This document shows, piece after piece, positions 9,604 through 19,329 of a DNA stretch of 64,000 bases (the first letter of the stretch is position 1; each line of letters begins with the position of its first letter). Position numbers and translations under genes: made by a program. The stretch is from a virus (taxonomy: Duplodnaviria > Caudoviricetes), in the IMG/VR virus record IMGVR_UViG_3300037189_004920, positions 816-64,815 of that record; one strand, 5' to 3'. The notes beneath the pieces were generated by a model. It worked only from the letters and a program-made list of their open reading frames with translations, was not told the origin of the DNA and searched no databases.

Positions 9604-10782
9604 ATGAAGTATATTGAAGATTTTGTACAACTCTTTGCCATTGGCCAAATACACCTAAGCACATTTGATGAAAAAATTGCTAGTAGCCTTGGCTGGCAAT
9701 GTGTTGAGAACAAAGCATTTACTCAAAAACAGGCAGAAATTGCATTACGGTTGCTGAAAAAATATAAAAAGCAATTTCTTGCACTTGGTCATCAAAATAT
9801 TGAACTTTTTATTGACACTCCTGTGTACAAACATGCACTTAGAGTGATTGATAATCAAAGTGCAGTCACCCTTGATTACAAAGATCAAAAATTTAGAGTT
9901 AAATTTCCGTTTAACCAAGAATTAGTCACAAAAATTCGCCAATTTTCGTCAAAAACACATTTGACGAAACCTAATTGGGATCCTGAAACTAAAACTTGGC
10001 AGTTTGATCTAAATGAAAAAAGTTTAGAATTTATTTTTAATGAACTACTTCCTTTAAAATTTGAAGTTACTGATGAAATATCAGAAATATTGGAAAAATA
10101 CCAAAAAATTAAGGAAAATTTTGAAGATTATGTTCCCATGCTAATCAAGCATCATGACACTTATTGTTTTAAAAATATAAAATCTAATTTTAGTTCCACT
10201 GACTTGACTAGTGCATTAATTGAAAGTGTAAAATTAGCAGTAAGTGTTTACGATGACCAAATTTATGAAGAAATTGGCGTAGTTGGCACTGAATATCCAA
10301 TATACAATATTTTTAAGCAACACGAAAAACAAAATTTTGTGTTACCAAAAGAAAAATATTCACGCACACAAATTTTGCACTTCATGAAAGATATGGACAC
10401 AATCAATGTAATTTTCCTTCATGAAAATGCCACCGCAGAAACGCTAAAAAACTGGATTTTTGACCTAGAATCGTGTGGTATAAGTTTAAGTGATGTCGCT
10501 GTTTTGTTTAGACAAAATAACGAAGGTCAGGGTGTTGAATTCAACAGCGTAGTAAAAAGTTATAACCTAAATAAGTCTACACAAGACAATGTAAAGTGGA
10601 TATTTTTAGGTGGGAAATACCCAAAAAGTTTAGTAAAAAATGAAAAAATTGCAAATATTTGTTTGTTTGAAAACCAGTATGTGTACACACATCATACCAT
10701 ACAAAGTGTCATGAAAAACTCAATTTTTAATTTTGCTCACAACGAACATACAAAACAAGGAGATGGATTTGTCGTCTTGTAA
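9604..10782 (+). CDS. hypothetical protein with possible HARP-like domain
   Basis: VKFPFNQELVTKIR...WDPETKTWQF resembles HARP domains; overlaps helicase start. Confidence 0.45.
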   Translation: MKYIEDFVQLFAIGQIHLSTFDEKIASSLGWQCVENKAFTQKQAEIALRLLKKYKKQFLALGHQNIELFIDTPVYKHALRVIDNQSAVTLDYKDQKFRVKFPFNQELVTKIRQFSSKTHLTKPNWDPETKTWQFDLNEKSLEFIFNELLPLKFEVTDEISEILEKYQKIKENFEDYVPMLIKHHDTYCFKNIKSNFSSTDLTSALIESVKLAVSVYDDQIYEEIGVVGTEYPIYNIFKQHEKQNFVLPKEKYSRTQILHFMKDMDTINVIFLHENATAETLKNWIFDLESCGISLSDVAVLFRQNNEGQGVEFNSVVKSYNLNKSTQDNVKWIFLGGKYPKSLVKNEKIANICLFENQYVYTHHTIQSVMKNSIFNFAHNEHTKQGDGFVVL

Positions 10783-12223
10783 AATAGTATTAAAAGATGA
10801 AGTCAACGTAAAAATTGAAGGTTTAGATTTAGACACTAGGAAAAAATTAGTGTCAATGTTTAAGTACGAGTTGCCCTATGCAAGACACATGCCTGCTTTT
10901 AAATTAGGCAGATGGGATGGTACTGTTAGCTTTTTTGGTCTAGGCGGAACTACATATCTAAGCATGTTAGATAGGGTATTACCTGAGTTAGAAAGCAGAG
11001 GATTTGACATTGATTTAGAAGACTTACGTAATCCAACTAAACTTGAATTTGAAAAAGTCACTGAGACATATTGGGCAGACAAAGGAAAAGTTTGGCCTAA
11101 AGGTCACGTTAAAGAAGGTGAGCCAATTTTATTGCGTGACTATCAACCAGATGCAATTAATAGATTTTTAGAAAATCCGCAAAGCATACAAGAACTAGCA
11201 ACTGGTGCTGGTAAAACAATTATGACTGCTACCATGAGTCATATGTGTGAAAAATATGGACGCACAATTGTTATTGTTCCAAACAAAGGACTTGTTGAGC
11301 AAACTGAAGAAGATTATATCAACGTTGGATTAGATGTTGGTGTATACTATGGTGATAGAAAAGATTTAGACAAGACGCATACGATTTGTACTTGGCAAAG
11401 TCTTAATATACTTGAGAAAAAAGGCAAAGAACTTGACGATGCAATGAAATTGATTGAGTTCATTGAAGGTGTAGTGTGCGTTATTGTTGACGAAGTACAC
11501 ATGGCTAAAGCAGATGTGTTAAAAAATTTGCTAACAGGAGCATTTGCACATTGCCCAATACGTTGGGGACTAACTGGCACAGTTCCTAAAGAAGATTTTG
11601 AATTTGAAGGTATCAAATGTAGTTTAGGCCCAGTGGTTGGTGGTATTTCTGCTCATGCATTACAGGAAGCAGGTCACTTGGCCAATTGCCACGTTAACAT
11701 AATTCAAACTCAAGAATGGAAAGAGTTTGGTGGTTATGCTGAAGAATTAAAATATCTAGTCACTGATAGCGACCGATTAACTTATGTTGCTAATCTTATT
11801 AGAGTAATGTCTGAAACTGGAAATACCCTAGTATTAGTTGACAGGATTGAATGTGGCAAGCAATTGAGTGCTCACTTAGATTGTGTGTTTATTAATGGCA
11901 ACGTTAAGACCACTGATAGGAAAGAACACTATGATGAAGTTCGAGAATCAGATGATAAGATTATTGTTGCCACATATGGTGTAGCTGCCGTAGGTATTAA
12001 CATTCCAAGAATCTTTAATCTAGTTTTAATTGAACCTGGAAAGAGTTTTGTTCGAGTTATTCAAAGTATTGGTCGTGGCATTAGAAAAGCTGAAGACAAA
12101 GACTTTGTACAAATTTGGGACATAACTGCAAGTACCAAATACGCAAAAAGACATTTAACGGAGCGTAAAAAATACTACAAAGAAGCAAAATATCCGTTTA
12201 CAATAGACAAGGTGAAATATTAA
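10763..12223 (+). CDS. uvsW: SF2 DNA helicase (UvsW-like)
   Basis: LRDYQ, ATGAGKT, DEVH, LTGT, GINIP, QSIGRGIR; start could be TTG at 10769. Confidence 0.9.
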   Translation: MDLSSCKIVLKDEVNVKIEGLDLDTRKKLVSMFKYELPYARHMPAFKLGRWDGTVSFFGLGGTTYLSMLDRVLPELESRGFDIDLEDLRNPTKLEFEKVTETYWADKGKVWPKGHVKEGEPILLRDYQPDAINRFLENPQSIQELATGAGKTIMTATMSHMCEKYGRTIVIVPNKGLVEQTEEDYINVGLDVGVYYGDRKDLDKTHTICTWQSLNILEKKGKELDDAMKLIEFIEGVVCVIVDEVHMAKADVLKNLLTGAFAHCPIRWGLTGTVPKEDFEFEGIKCSLGPVVGGISAHALQEAGHLANCHVNIIQTQEWKEFGGYAEELKYLVTDSDRLTYVANLIRVMSETGNTLVLVDRIECGKQLSAHLDCVFINGNVKTTDRKEHYDEVRESDDKIIVATYGVAAVGINIPRIFNLVLIEPGKSFVRVIQSIGRGIRKAEDKDFVQIWDITASTKYAKRHLTERKKYYKEAKYPFTIDKVKY

Positions 12224-12225
12224 TA

Positions 12226-12732
12226 ATGCAAATACTGACTTTAAAAGATGAAACATTTTACTTAAATGATCTTCCAGAAGAAGTTGATGAAGACTGTAGA
12301 TTCGCTGTGTTAGATAACAGCGATCCTAAAGAGCCCGATTACTTTTTCCAACCACTTATATTCTTAGAATCATTTACGTGCCCAGCGGCTGTATTACAAA
12401 TTGGTCCTTGGCAAGTCCAAATGCCTTTAGATTGGTGTATGATTGTTGGTGACCCAGAAAGTACAGGTGACATGGAAGTATTGCCATTAACCAGTTTAAA
12501 TGATCGAGGTTTTAGCGCCTACACATTTAATCCAATTAGTAGTTTCAAACCACAATTTTATCCAGTAGACATTATTAATGTTTATCAAGATGTAAAATGG
12601 TATTTTCCTAAAATGCGATTGGGACAACTACTTGCGACTCCTTTGCACGGTGGTGAAGCACCTACGTGTGCATACTTCGTTAAAGAAGTTAGTCGTCAAA
12701 GTGAGTTAGTTGATTATTCAAAATGTTGGTGA
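12226..12732 (+). CDS. hypothetical phage protein
   Basis: 168 aa ORF tightly packed in operon. Confidence 0.7.
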   Translation: MQILTLKDETFYLNDLPEEVDEDCRFAVLDNSDPKEPDYFFQPLIFLESFTCPAAVLQIGPWQVQMPLDWCMIVGDPESTGDMEVLPLTSLNDRGFSAYTFNPISSFKPQFYPVDIINVYQDVKWYFPKMRLGQLLATPLHGGEAPTCAYFVKEVSRQSELVDYSKCW

Positions 12733-12736
12733 TATT

Positions 12737-13030
12737 ATGGGACAACTTAAACCTGGTGTAAAATTAATATACGAACGACATGATAATGTCGTGTATGCTA
12801 GAGAGTTTGGATCTGATCCAAGTACTAGACAAGTTCATGGATGGGATTATAATAAAGAGAATCCAAATTTTGATCCAAGAACAAGTGATGGTAGACCATT
12901 GCGTGACCACATAATGGAAGACAAAATGTGGGGTGAAATTCGCAGAGAAGCTCGAACAAATGAAGCATTGCATCATGCTTTAGAACAGTGTATACTAATA
13001 TATAACTTGAGTAAAGAACATGGCGCTTGA
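12737..13030 (+). CDS. hypothetical phage protein
   Basis: Start reassigned to ATG 12737; overlaps next gene. Confidence 0.65.
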   Translation: MGQLKPGVKLIYERHDNVVYAREFGSDPSTRQVHGWDYNKENPNFDPRTSDGRPLRDHIMEDKMWGEIRREARTNEALHHALEQCILIYNLSKEHGA

Positions 13031-13475
13031 TATCAAAAAAGAATTGCACGGTGTTGACATGCGAGATAAAGACATGTACAACAACCTTACAGAAGAAGAA
13101 CGTAAGTCATTTAGTCCTTACATACTAATGCGATATGTTAGTAATGTGCAAGGTGATAATGATGTTCAAGAATGGTTTGTTGAAATGACTAACGAGCTGG
13201 TCAACAAGCATCATTGGAAACTTAGTAAGAATCACAAAGGTTTACTATGGAAATTGTTTGCTGGATGTGGTACTGGTGCAAAGGCATATCATCCATATCT
13301 AGCTGCCGGCAAAAAAGAAAAAGCAGTTAAAATTGAAAAATTAATTGCTGAACTTAATCCAGCAATGAAGATGGATGAAGTAAAATTATTGACAAGTTTA
13401 ATGACTAAGGATGACATTGAAAATCTGTTTAACCAGTTGGGGTACGACAAAAAGCAACGCAAGGAATATGAGTAA
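13020..13475 (+). CDS. putative clamp loader small subunit (gp62-like)
   Basis: KSFSPYILMRYVS...EMTNELVN pattern, size and replication context. Confidence 0.5.
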   Translation: MALDIKKELHGVDMRDKDMYNNLTEEERKSFSPYILMRYVSNVQGDNDVQEWFVEMTNELVNKHHWKLSKNHKGLLWKLFAGCGTGAKAYHPYLAAGKKEKAVKIEKLIAELNPAMKMDEVKLLTSLMTKDDIENLFNQLGYDKKQRKEYE

Positions 13476-14148
13476 CTATACGTGTGTTCACTGTGGCAAG
13501 GGATATACCAAAGAAGCAACTTTGGTGGCCCATATGTGTGAGCAAAAACGTAGGGCATTGCAACGAGATGAGAAAAGAGTGCAAGCTGGATTTATGACTT
13601 ATAATAGATTTTATAAGTTGACTCAAAATTCTAAAAAAGATAAAACGTATGAAGATTTTTGCAAAAGCCCATACTACAATGCGTTCGTTAAGTTTGGTAG
13701 TTTTGTTAATAACGTTAATCCTATCTATCCTGACAAGTTTGTTGATTACGTTATCAAAAGTGGAGTTAAGCTCGATCACTGGTGTAGAGATGAATTATAT
13801 TATACCTATCTATCCGAAATGATTAAAATTGAGCCAGTAGACTCTGCAATACAAAGATCACTTAACACTATGATGGAATGGGGTGATGAGCAAGATGCAA
13901 ATTTTGCACATTACTTTAACTATGTTAACATTAATCGTTCAGTTAGACACATTGCTGATGGATTGATTAGTCCTTGGCTGTTATTAAATTGTAACAGTGG
14001 AAAAGATATGCTGGCTAAATTTAACGACGAGCAATTGAACATTGTGTCTGATATTATAGATCCTACATATTGGATGAAAAGATTTAAAACATATCCTAGT
14101 GAAATTGCACTTGTAAAAGAAATTTGTAAAGAAGCAGGAATAACATAA
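13468..14148 (+). CDS. zinc-finger hypothetical protein
   Basis: N-terminal CVHC-x12-HMC; AAGGA before ATG 13468. Confidence 0.6.
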   Translation: MSNYTCVHCGKGYTKEATLVAHMCEQKRRALQRDEKRVQAGFMTYNRFYKLTQNSKKDKTYEDFCKSPYYNAFVKFGSFVNNVNPIYPDKFVDYVIKSGVKLDHWCRDELYYTYLSEMIKIEPVDSAIQRSLNTMMEWGDEQDANFAHYFNYVNINRSVRHIADGLISPWLLLNCNSGKDMLAKFNDEQLNIVSDIIDPTYWMKRFKTYPSEIALVKEICKEAGIT

Positions 14149-14735
14149 TGCCAGATATTGACATAGACTTTTTTGATAGAGATTCAGCACTAAAGCTAAT
14201 CAAGCACGTGCCAGCGAGTCGTATTGAAAATGGTACTGTTAAAAAGCACAATACTGGAGTATATTGTACTTCTATCCCGTACGATTCTGTAACAGGACTT
14301 GCCAGTATAGATTATGAAGAAGCTGAAGATCGTGGCTATTTTAAAATAGATTTTTTGAATGTGTCAATTTATAAAGACATTACTAGTGAACAAGAAATTG
14401 ATCAATTACTGGCTGTTGAACCTCTTTGGGACTTGTTAGAACAAAAAGAGTTTTGTGATTTGATATTTCATATCAATGGATATCATTCATTAGTTGCTCA
14501 GGTAAAACCTAAAAATATAGAGCAGTTGGCCATGTTATTGGCACTGATTAGACCTGGAAAGCGTCACCTTGTTTCAAAGGTAGAACGTGAGGGTTGGGAT
14601 AGTATTAAAGATGAGATTTGGGTTAAAACTGAAGATGAATATAGTTTTAAGAAAAGCCACGCAATTGCCTATGCACATGCTATTGTGGTACAAATGAATA
14701 ATATTTGTAAAGCAATTAGTTACGGATTTTCCTAA
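14148..14735 (+). CDS. minimal DNA polymerase III alpha (DnaE) catalytic-core protein
   Basis: PDIDIDF, KHNTGVY, GYFKIDFL, ALIRPG, YSFKKSHAIAY in DnaE order within 195 aa. Confidence 0.85.
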   Translation: MPDIDIDFFDRDSALKLIKHVPASRIENGTVKKHNTGVYCTSIPYDSVTGLASIDYEEAEDRGYFKIDFLNVSIYKDITSEQEIDQLLAVEPLWDLLEQKEFCDLIFHINGYHSLVAQVKPKNIEQLAMLLALIRPGKRHLVSKVEREGWDSIKDEIWVKTEDEYSFKKSHAIAYAHAIVVQMNNICKAISYGFS

Positions 14736-15102
14736 CACTACGAACAAGTTGAATACTTTTTCGTTTAACTCTTTTTTCTGCTATTTCATTTAGATTAACA
14801 ATTGGCCCAAATACTAAAACAATATCCTTGCTATTAATTGTTTTGATATATCTTCGGTAGTTTTCAAGCTCACCTTTTAAGAATATATTGATAGGTATTT
14901 TTCGATTGCTTTCCCACCACCATTGTTCGCCAAGATCCAGAAGACCTTGTTTTTCAATGTCGTTGTGAATTGCGCCCAGATCATAGATGCTTAGGACGCT
15001 GTCGTTTTGATTGATAACTATGCCCACTATCTCCAGTTCGTTGCAACGAACGCAGGTTAAAAATGGGAATGTCTGTTGTAATGTATTTGTTATGTCGTTC
15101 AC
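14716..15102 (-). CDS. hypothetical protein
   Basis: 128 aa with WWWESNRKIPINIFL; fills the gap between two + genes. Confidence 0.65.
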   Translation of the reverse strand: MNDITNTLQQTFPFLTCVRCNELEIVGIVINQNDSVLSIYDLGAIHNDIEKQGLLDLGEQWWWESNRKIPINIFLKGELENYRRYIKTINSKDIVLVFGPIVNLNEIAEKRVKRKSIQLVRSVRKIRN

Positions 15103-15115
15103 TATAAATATGGGT

Positions 15116-16102
15116 ATGTTGAATTTACCAGTCTATTTATATACACCAGCCATCCGAGTTTTCATAGATTTGGAAAATAATTCCGTTATGGGGGTAGATG
15201 ATATGTTTCATGGCTATGCTAATATTGCAAAAGGGATCAAAAACACGATCCGATTTAATTTTTTAAATGGTGAACAACGCACTGTTAATATCAGTGATAA
15301 AAGTTTTAGGTTCAATCTATATGACCAAAGTACAAATAAAAGAGTGCTTTCCAAAGGAATCACAGTTCTAGATGACACTGTGTCTAAAACTATTGCCACT
15401 GCTCAAACTGCTGTAGGAAGCACCATTACATTGAACAATGCCACTAATGTGAGTGTTGGTCAAAGCGTATATGGCATTGGCATAACAAAAAATACAACGG
15501 TGCAGTCTATTAATGGAGCACAGGTAACTTTGAGTTCACCCACTACTGCACTAGCCCCTTTAGGTAGTGTAATTAAATTTGTTACCTACAATCTAAGGGG
15601 TTCAGCTGAGTTAACATTGGTTGGCAGAGACACTGTTAATTTAAACTCAGGAAAATACAATTATTCAATCTATTTGGAAGATTTGGCAACGAACGAATTA
15701 AGTCCAGTATTTGTTGATGGTGCAAGCAGTATGACCGGAGTTGCTGAACTTATTGACAGTGTCAATCCTAAATTTATTGATAGTGAAACTTTAAACTTTA
15801 ATCAGATGCCTGATAACAAGTTTACTTCTGGCAAAGTAGCTGCCAACCGAGATGGTAAAGGTAATGCCGACTTACATACTGCGGCAATTTATTTCAATAA
15901 TTTTACCGGTAATTTTAAAATCTACGGCTCACTAAACAACAGTATAGATGGCGACGCAGGCAATTGGGCGTTATTAAGTTCAACTGATCATACCAACAAA
16001 AATGTCATTGAATATGCCAACCTATATGGTGCTTTTAACTTCTTCAAGTTTGAGTATAGTAAGACAGCCGGATCCATTGACAAAGTCCTATATAGAAGCT
16101 AA
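15116..16102 (+). CDS. probable virion structural protein (beta-rich)
   Basis: TAAATA 5 nt before ATG 15116; VSVGQSVYGIGI repeat type shared with the 38352 fibre. Confidence 0.5.
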   Translation: MLNLPVYLYTPAIRVFIDLENNSVMGVDDMFHGYANIAKGIKNTIRFNFLNGEQRTVNISDKSFRFNLYDQSTNKRVLSKGITVLDDTVSKTIATAQTAVGSTITLNNATNVSVGQSVYGIGITKNTTVQSINGAQVTLSSPTTALAPLGSVIKFVTYNLRGSAELTLVGRDTVNLNSGKYNYSIYLEDLATNELSPVFVDGASSMTGVAELIDSVNPKFIDSETLNFNQMPDNKFTSGKVAANRDGKGNADLHTAAIYFNNFTGNFKIYGSLNNSIDGDAGNWALLSSTDHTNKNVIEYANLYGAFNFFKFEYSKTAGSIDKVLYRS

Positions 16103-16105
16103 AAT
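16077..16105 (+). promoter_or_regulatory. sigma70-type promoter of primase, predicted leaderless
   Basis: TTGACA-N17-TAAAAT with ATG 6 nt downstream. Confidence 0.7.
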
Positions 16106-16111
16106 AGTAGT

Positions 16112-17095
16112 ATGAGTCTTTTACAGACAGAACTACTATCATACCTACCTTTTAAAAGAAAACAAACGTCCAGTGGTTGGACTAGTTTTGATGCTCCTTG
16201 CTGTGTTTATAATGGCGAGAGTGCAGACACTAGACAGCGTGGTGGATTTATCAGTCACGGCGGTGGTGGATTCAGTTATCATTGTTTTAACTGTGGGTTC
16301 AAGACCAGTTGGCAACCAGGCAGACAGATTAGTGGCAAAAATAAAAAGTTTTTCAAATGGGTTAATGTACCTAGTAGTAAAGTCAACGAATGGAGTTTAG
16401 AAGCTCTTAAACTTTTAGACAATGGGTCAACCAATCAAGTTACATTCAAGGACTTTGAAGAAGTTGCTCCTCCTTTAGATTCAATGCCATTAGCAGAAGC
16501 AATATTAGAACACGACGAAGCAATCAAATGCTTAGAGTATCTATTAGAGCGTGGACACACTTTAGAAGATTACAATTGGTTGTACAGTCCAATGCCAGGC
16601 TATAAAGATAGATTGGTCATACCCTTTTATCATAGTAAGAAGTGTGTGGGCTACACTGCTAGGAAAGTTGTACCAGGTAGTCCAAAATACCTAAGTGAAA
16701 ATCAAACAGGCTATGTGTTTAATGTTGATAATCAAAAATACACTAGCAAGGTGGTTTTTGTAACAGAAGGCCCATTTGATGCTCTAGCCATTGGTGGTGT
16801 AGCCATACTCACAAACTTGCCAAATGAACAACAAAAAGCTATAATTAATAGTCTAGGCAAGACAGTAGTAGTAGTTCCTGACAGAGATCATACTGGCATG
16901 GGATTTGTTAAAGAAGCTATGGAAATGGGATGGCTTGTGGCAATACCTGAATGGGAAGAAGATATCAAAGATGCTAGTGAAGCATTTAAGCGTTATGGCA
17001 GACTGTTTACCATAAAGACAATTTTAGATACAGCTACAGATAACAAAGTAAAATTGGAACTACTGATGAAACGTTATCCAAAGGAAATTAAATGA
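16112..17095 (+). CDS. DNA primase (gp61/DnaG-like)
   Basis: Zn ribbon PCC...HCFNCG, RLVIPF, PKYL, TOPRIM TEGPFDA and PDRD. Confidence 0.9.
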   Translation: MSLLQTELLSYLPFKRKQTSSGWTSFDAPCCVYNGESADTRQRGGFISHGGGGFSYHCFNCGFKTSWQPGRQISGKNKKFFKWVNVPSSKVNEWSLEALKLLDNGSTNQVTFKDFEEVAPPLDSMPLAEAILEHDEAIKCLEYLLERGHTLEDYNWLYSPMPGYKDRLVIPFYHSKKCVGYTARKVVPGSPKYLSENQTGYVFNVDNQKYTSKVVFVTEGPFDALAIGGVAILTNLPNEQQKAIINSLGKTVVVVPDRDHTGMGFVKEAMEMGWLVAIPEWEEDIKDASEAFKRYGRLFTIKTILDTATDNKVKLELLMKRYPKEIK

Positions 17096-17289
17096 ATACT
17101 CAAGTAACAGCAGGAAGCGTGTGGGAATCAAATAGCAAAAAATTTATGGTAATCCATGTGGTCGAACTAGACGGGCATACTTGGGTACACTATAGAGAAA
17201 ACTTAATGAACAAGGCAACAAGCGACTGTAAAGAATACAGTTGCTACTTAGAAAGCTTCCTTTCAAGATTTAATAAATTACCAGACTAA
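17092..17289 (+). CDS. hypothetical protein
   Basis: 65 aa, coupled between primase and helicase. Confidence 0.6.
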   Translation: MNTQVTAGSVWESNSKKFMVIHVVELDGHTWVHYRENLMNKATSDCKEYSCYLESFLSRFNKLPD

Positions 17290-17291
17290 AC

Positions 17292-18743
17292 ATGCAAAAA
17301 ACAAACTATACTACTGAAATGCAACGACTTTACTTGGAAATGTTTCTAAGTGATGCAGAGACTTTTGTACGTTGCCAAAACATTTTTGATGCTGAAAACT
17401 TTGACCGCAAACTTAAAGATGCAGCCGAGTTCATTAACGGCTATGTGGACAAGTATAAGGTCATGCCTGAACTGGACATTGTTAATACCAGTTGCAGTAC
17501 AGACTTTAAAGATGTGACTGGATTGCCAGTAGAAAACTATGATTGGTTGTTAGATGAATTTGAACAGTTTAGTAGACACAAAGCTCTAGAACGAGCAATT
17601 ATTAAAAGTGCTGACATGCTGGAAAAAGGAGACTTTGGTCCAGTAGAAGCCATGATTAAGGCAGCGGTACAAATTAGTCTTAACAAAGACATGGGTACAG
17701 ATTACTTTGAAGATCCTAAAGGTCGCTTGATGGGACTCAAAGATAAGAACGGGCAAGTCAGTACTGGCTGGCCCACATTTGATAAAAAATTATTTGGTGG
17801 ATTTAATAGAGGCGAGCTGAATATATTTGCAGGTGGTTCAGGTGCAGGTAAGAGTTTGTTTTTACAAAATTTAGCCATAAACTTCAGTCAAGGCGGACTA
17901 AACGTATTGTACGTTAGTTTGGAATTGAGCGAACAATTGGTAGCCATGCGTTTGGACAGTATGATGACTGGCTTGCCCACTAGAGAAATTTTTAAGAACA
18001 TCGATGACGTAGAACTCAAAGTTAAAGTTGCAGGTAAAAGTCAAGGAGCCATACAGGTCAAATACTTGCCATCGGGCAAGAACGTTAATGACCTTAGAGC
18101 CTACATAAAAGAATATCAAGTGAAAAAAGGTCACAAGCCTGATGTTGTGCTCATTGACTATTTGGATCTAATGATGCCGATCAGTGTCAAGATCAGTGCA
18201 GAAAACTTGTTTGTCAAAGACAAGTATGTGAGTGAAGAAATTCGTAACTTTGCCATGGATACCAAGTGTGTATGTGTAACAGCGTCACAGTTGAATCGTA
18301 GTGCTGTGGAAGAAATTGAATTTGATCACAGTCATATTTCAGGTGGATTATCTAAAATCCAAACAGCTGACAACGTGATTGGCATCTTTACAAGTCGTGC
18401 TATGCGTGAACGTGGACGCTATCAAATACAGTTTATGAAGACACGTTCAAGCAGTGCTGTGGGACAGAAAATTGACTTGGACTATAACTTGGACAGTTTA
18501 CGCATTACAGATCCAGGTGAAGAGGGAGATGCCCCACAAGCCAGCTTTGGTCAGGGTGGTGGTCGTGCGCCTAGTACAGGGGCAACTAGCATATTAGATG
18601 GATTGAAAAAGACTTCTACTGTGATGTCTAACGAAGAAGCTCGTGAACCCGATGACGGCATTGCTGTGGGTAAGGTACGTGCTAAAACTGATACCAGCCG
18701 CATTAGAGACATGCTGGCTAATTTGAACAGCGAACGAGATTAA
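17292..18743 (+). CDS. replicative DnaB-like helicase (gp41-like)
   Basis: STGW, GGSGAGKS, SLELSE, IDYLDL, TASQLNR, KTR motifs. Confidence 0.92.
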   Translation: MQKTNYTTEMQRLYLEMFLSDAETFVRCQNIFDAENFDRKLKDAAEFINGYVDKYKVMPELDIVNTSCSTDFKDVTGLPVENYDWLLDEFEQFSRHKALERAIIKSADMLEKGDFGPVEAMIKAAVQISLNKDMGTDYFEDPKGRLMGLKDKNGQVSTGWPTFDKKLFGGFNRGELNIFAGGSGAGKSLFLQNLAINFSQGGLNVLYVSLELSEQLVAMRLDSMMTGLPTREIFKNIDDVELKVKVAGKSQGAIQVKYLPSGKNVNDLRAYIKEYQVKKGHKPDVVLIDYLDLMMPISVKISAENLFVKDKYVSEEIRNFAMDTKCVCVTASQLNRSAVEEIEFDHSHISGGLSKIQTADNVIGIFTSRAMRERGRYQIQFMKTRSSSAVGQKIDLDYNLDSLRITDPGEEGDAPQASFGQGGGRAPSTGATSILDGLKKTSTVMSNEEAREPDDGIAVGKVRAKTDTSRIRDMLANLNSERD

Positions 18744-19300
18744 CTCATCCAGTCGCTGACTGCGCTACGGGCACTGAGCTCCACGCTGGCCCGCCAAAGA
18801 TCCATGCCAGTTAGACCAAAGAGTACTTCATGGTCTGCTGGCGCCACTAGCCAACTGTGTTCTTTGTTCCAAGGCTCTTGCCCAGATATTTCGCCCTCCA
18901 GCTGACCCGGTGCCCAACTGCAAGTGCCCAGTATGAGCCTATACTGTTTGGGTATGTTGCCTGCCATGAGCTCACTGATAAAGCCCATGTCACTGCTCAC
19001 AGACAAGCCTGTACCACTGTGCTGTGTTTCCATGGTACTGACATCAGGGGTGTGTAAAAAATGCAAGCTGGTACTGTTAATAGGACCCCCGGCATGCACT
19101 TCCCCAGGCAAGTCCAATTCAATGTTGACCCTCTTGAGTATGTCAGTATTGGTCACGCTCACAATGGGCTTGTTGACCACCATGCCCCATGCTCCTGTGC
19201 TGGTATGGCTGTTGATATAGATCACGGTGTTGTTGAATCTGCGGTCCAATATCTTGGGTGGTGCTACTAGCAGTTGTCCAGTTAGGTTTTGTATGTTCAT
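18740..19300 (-). CDS. YqgE/AlgH (DUF179) family protein
   Basis: LLVAPP..D..F..TVIY, GAWGMVVNKP, GGP, GTCSWAPGQLEGEI. Confidence 0.88.
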   Translation of the reverse strand: MNIQNLTGQLLVAPPKILDRRFNNTVIYINSHTSTGAWGMVVNKPIVSVTNTDILKRVNIELDLPGEVHAGGPINSTSLHFLHTPDVSTMETQHSGTGLSVSSDMGFISELMAGNIPKQYRLILGTCSWAPGQLEGEISGQEPWNKEHSWLVAPADHEVLFGLTGMDLWRASVELSARSAVSDWMS

Positions 19301-19329
19301 ATGGATATTTAACAGGTAAATAACTTACC

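Noticed and set aside
2178-18743. Inteins or introns in terminase, UvsX, UvsW, helicase
   Set aside because: Lengths are normal and motifs contiguous
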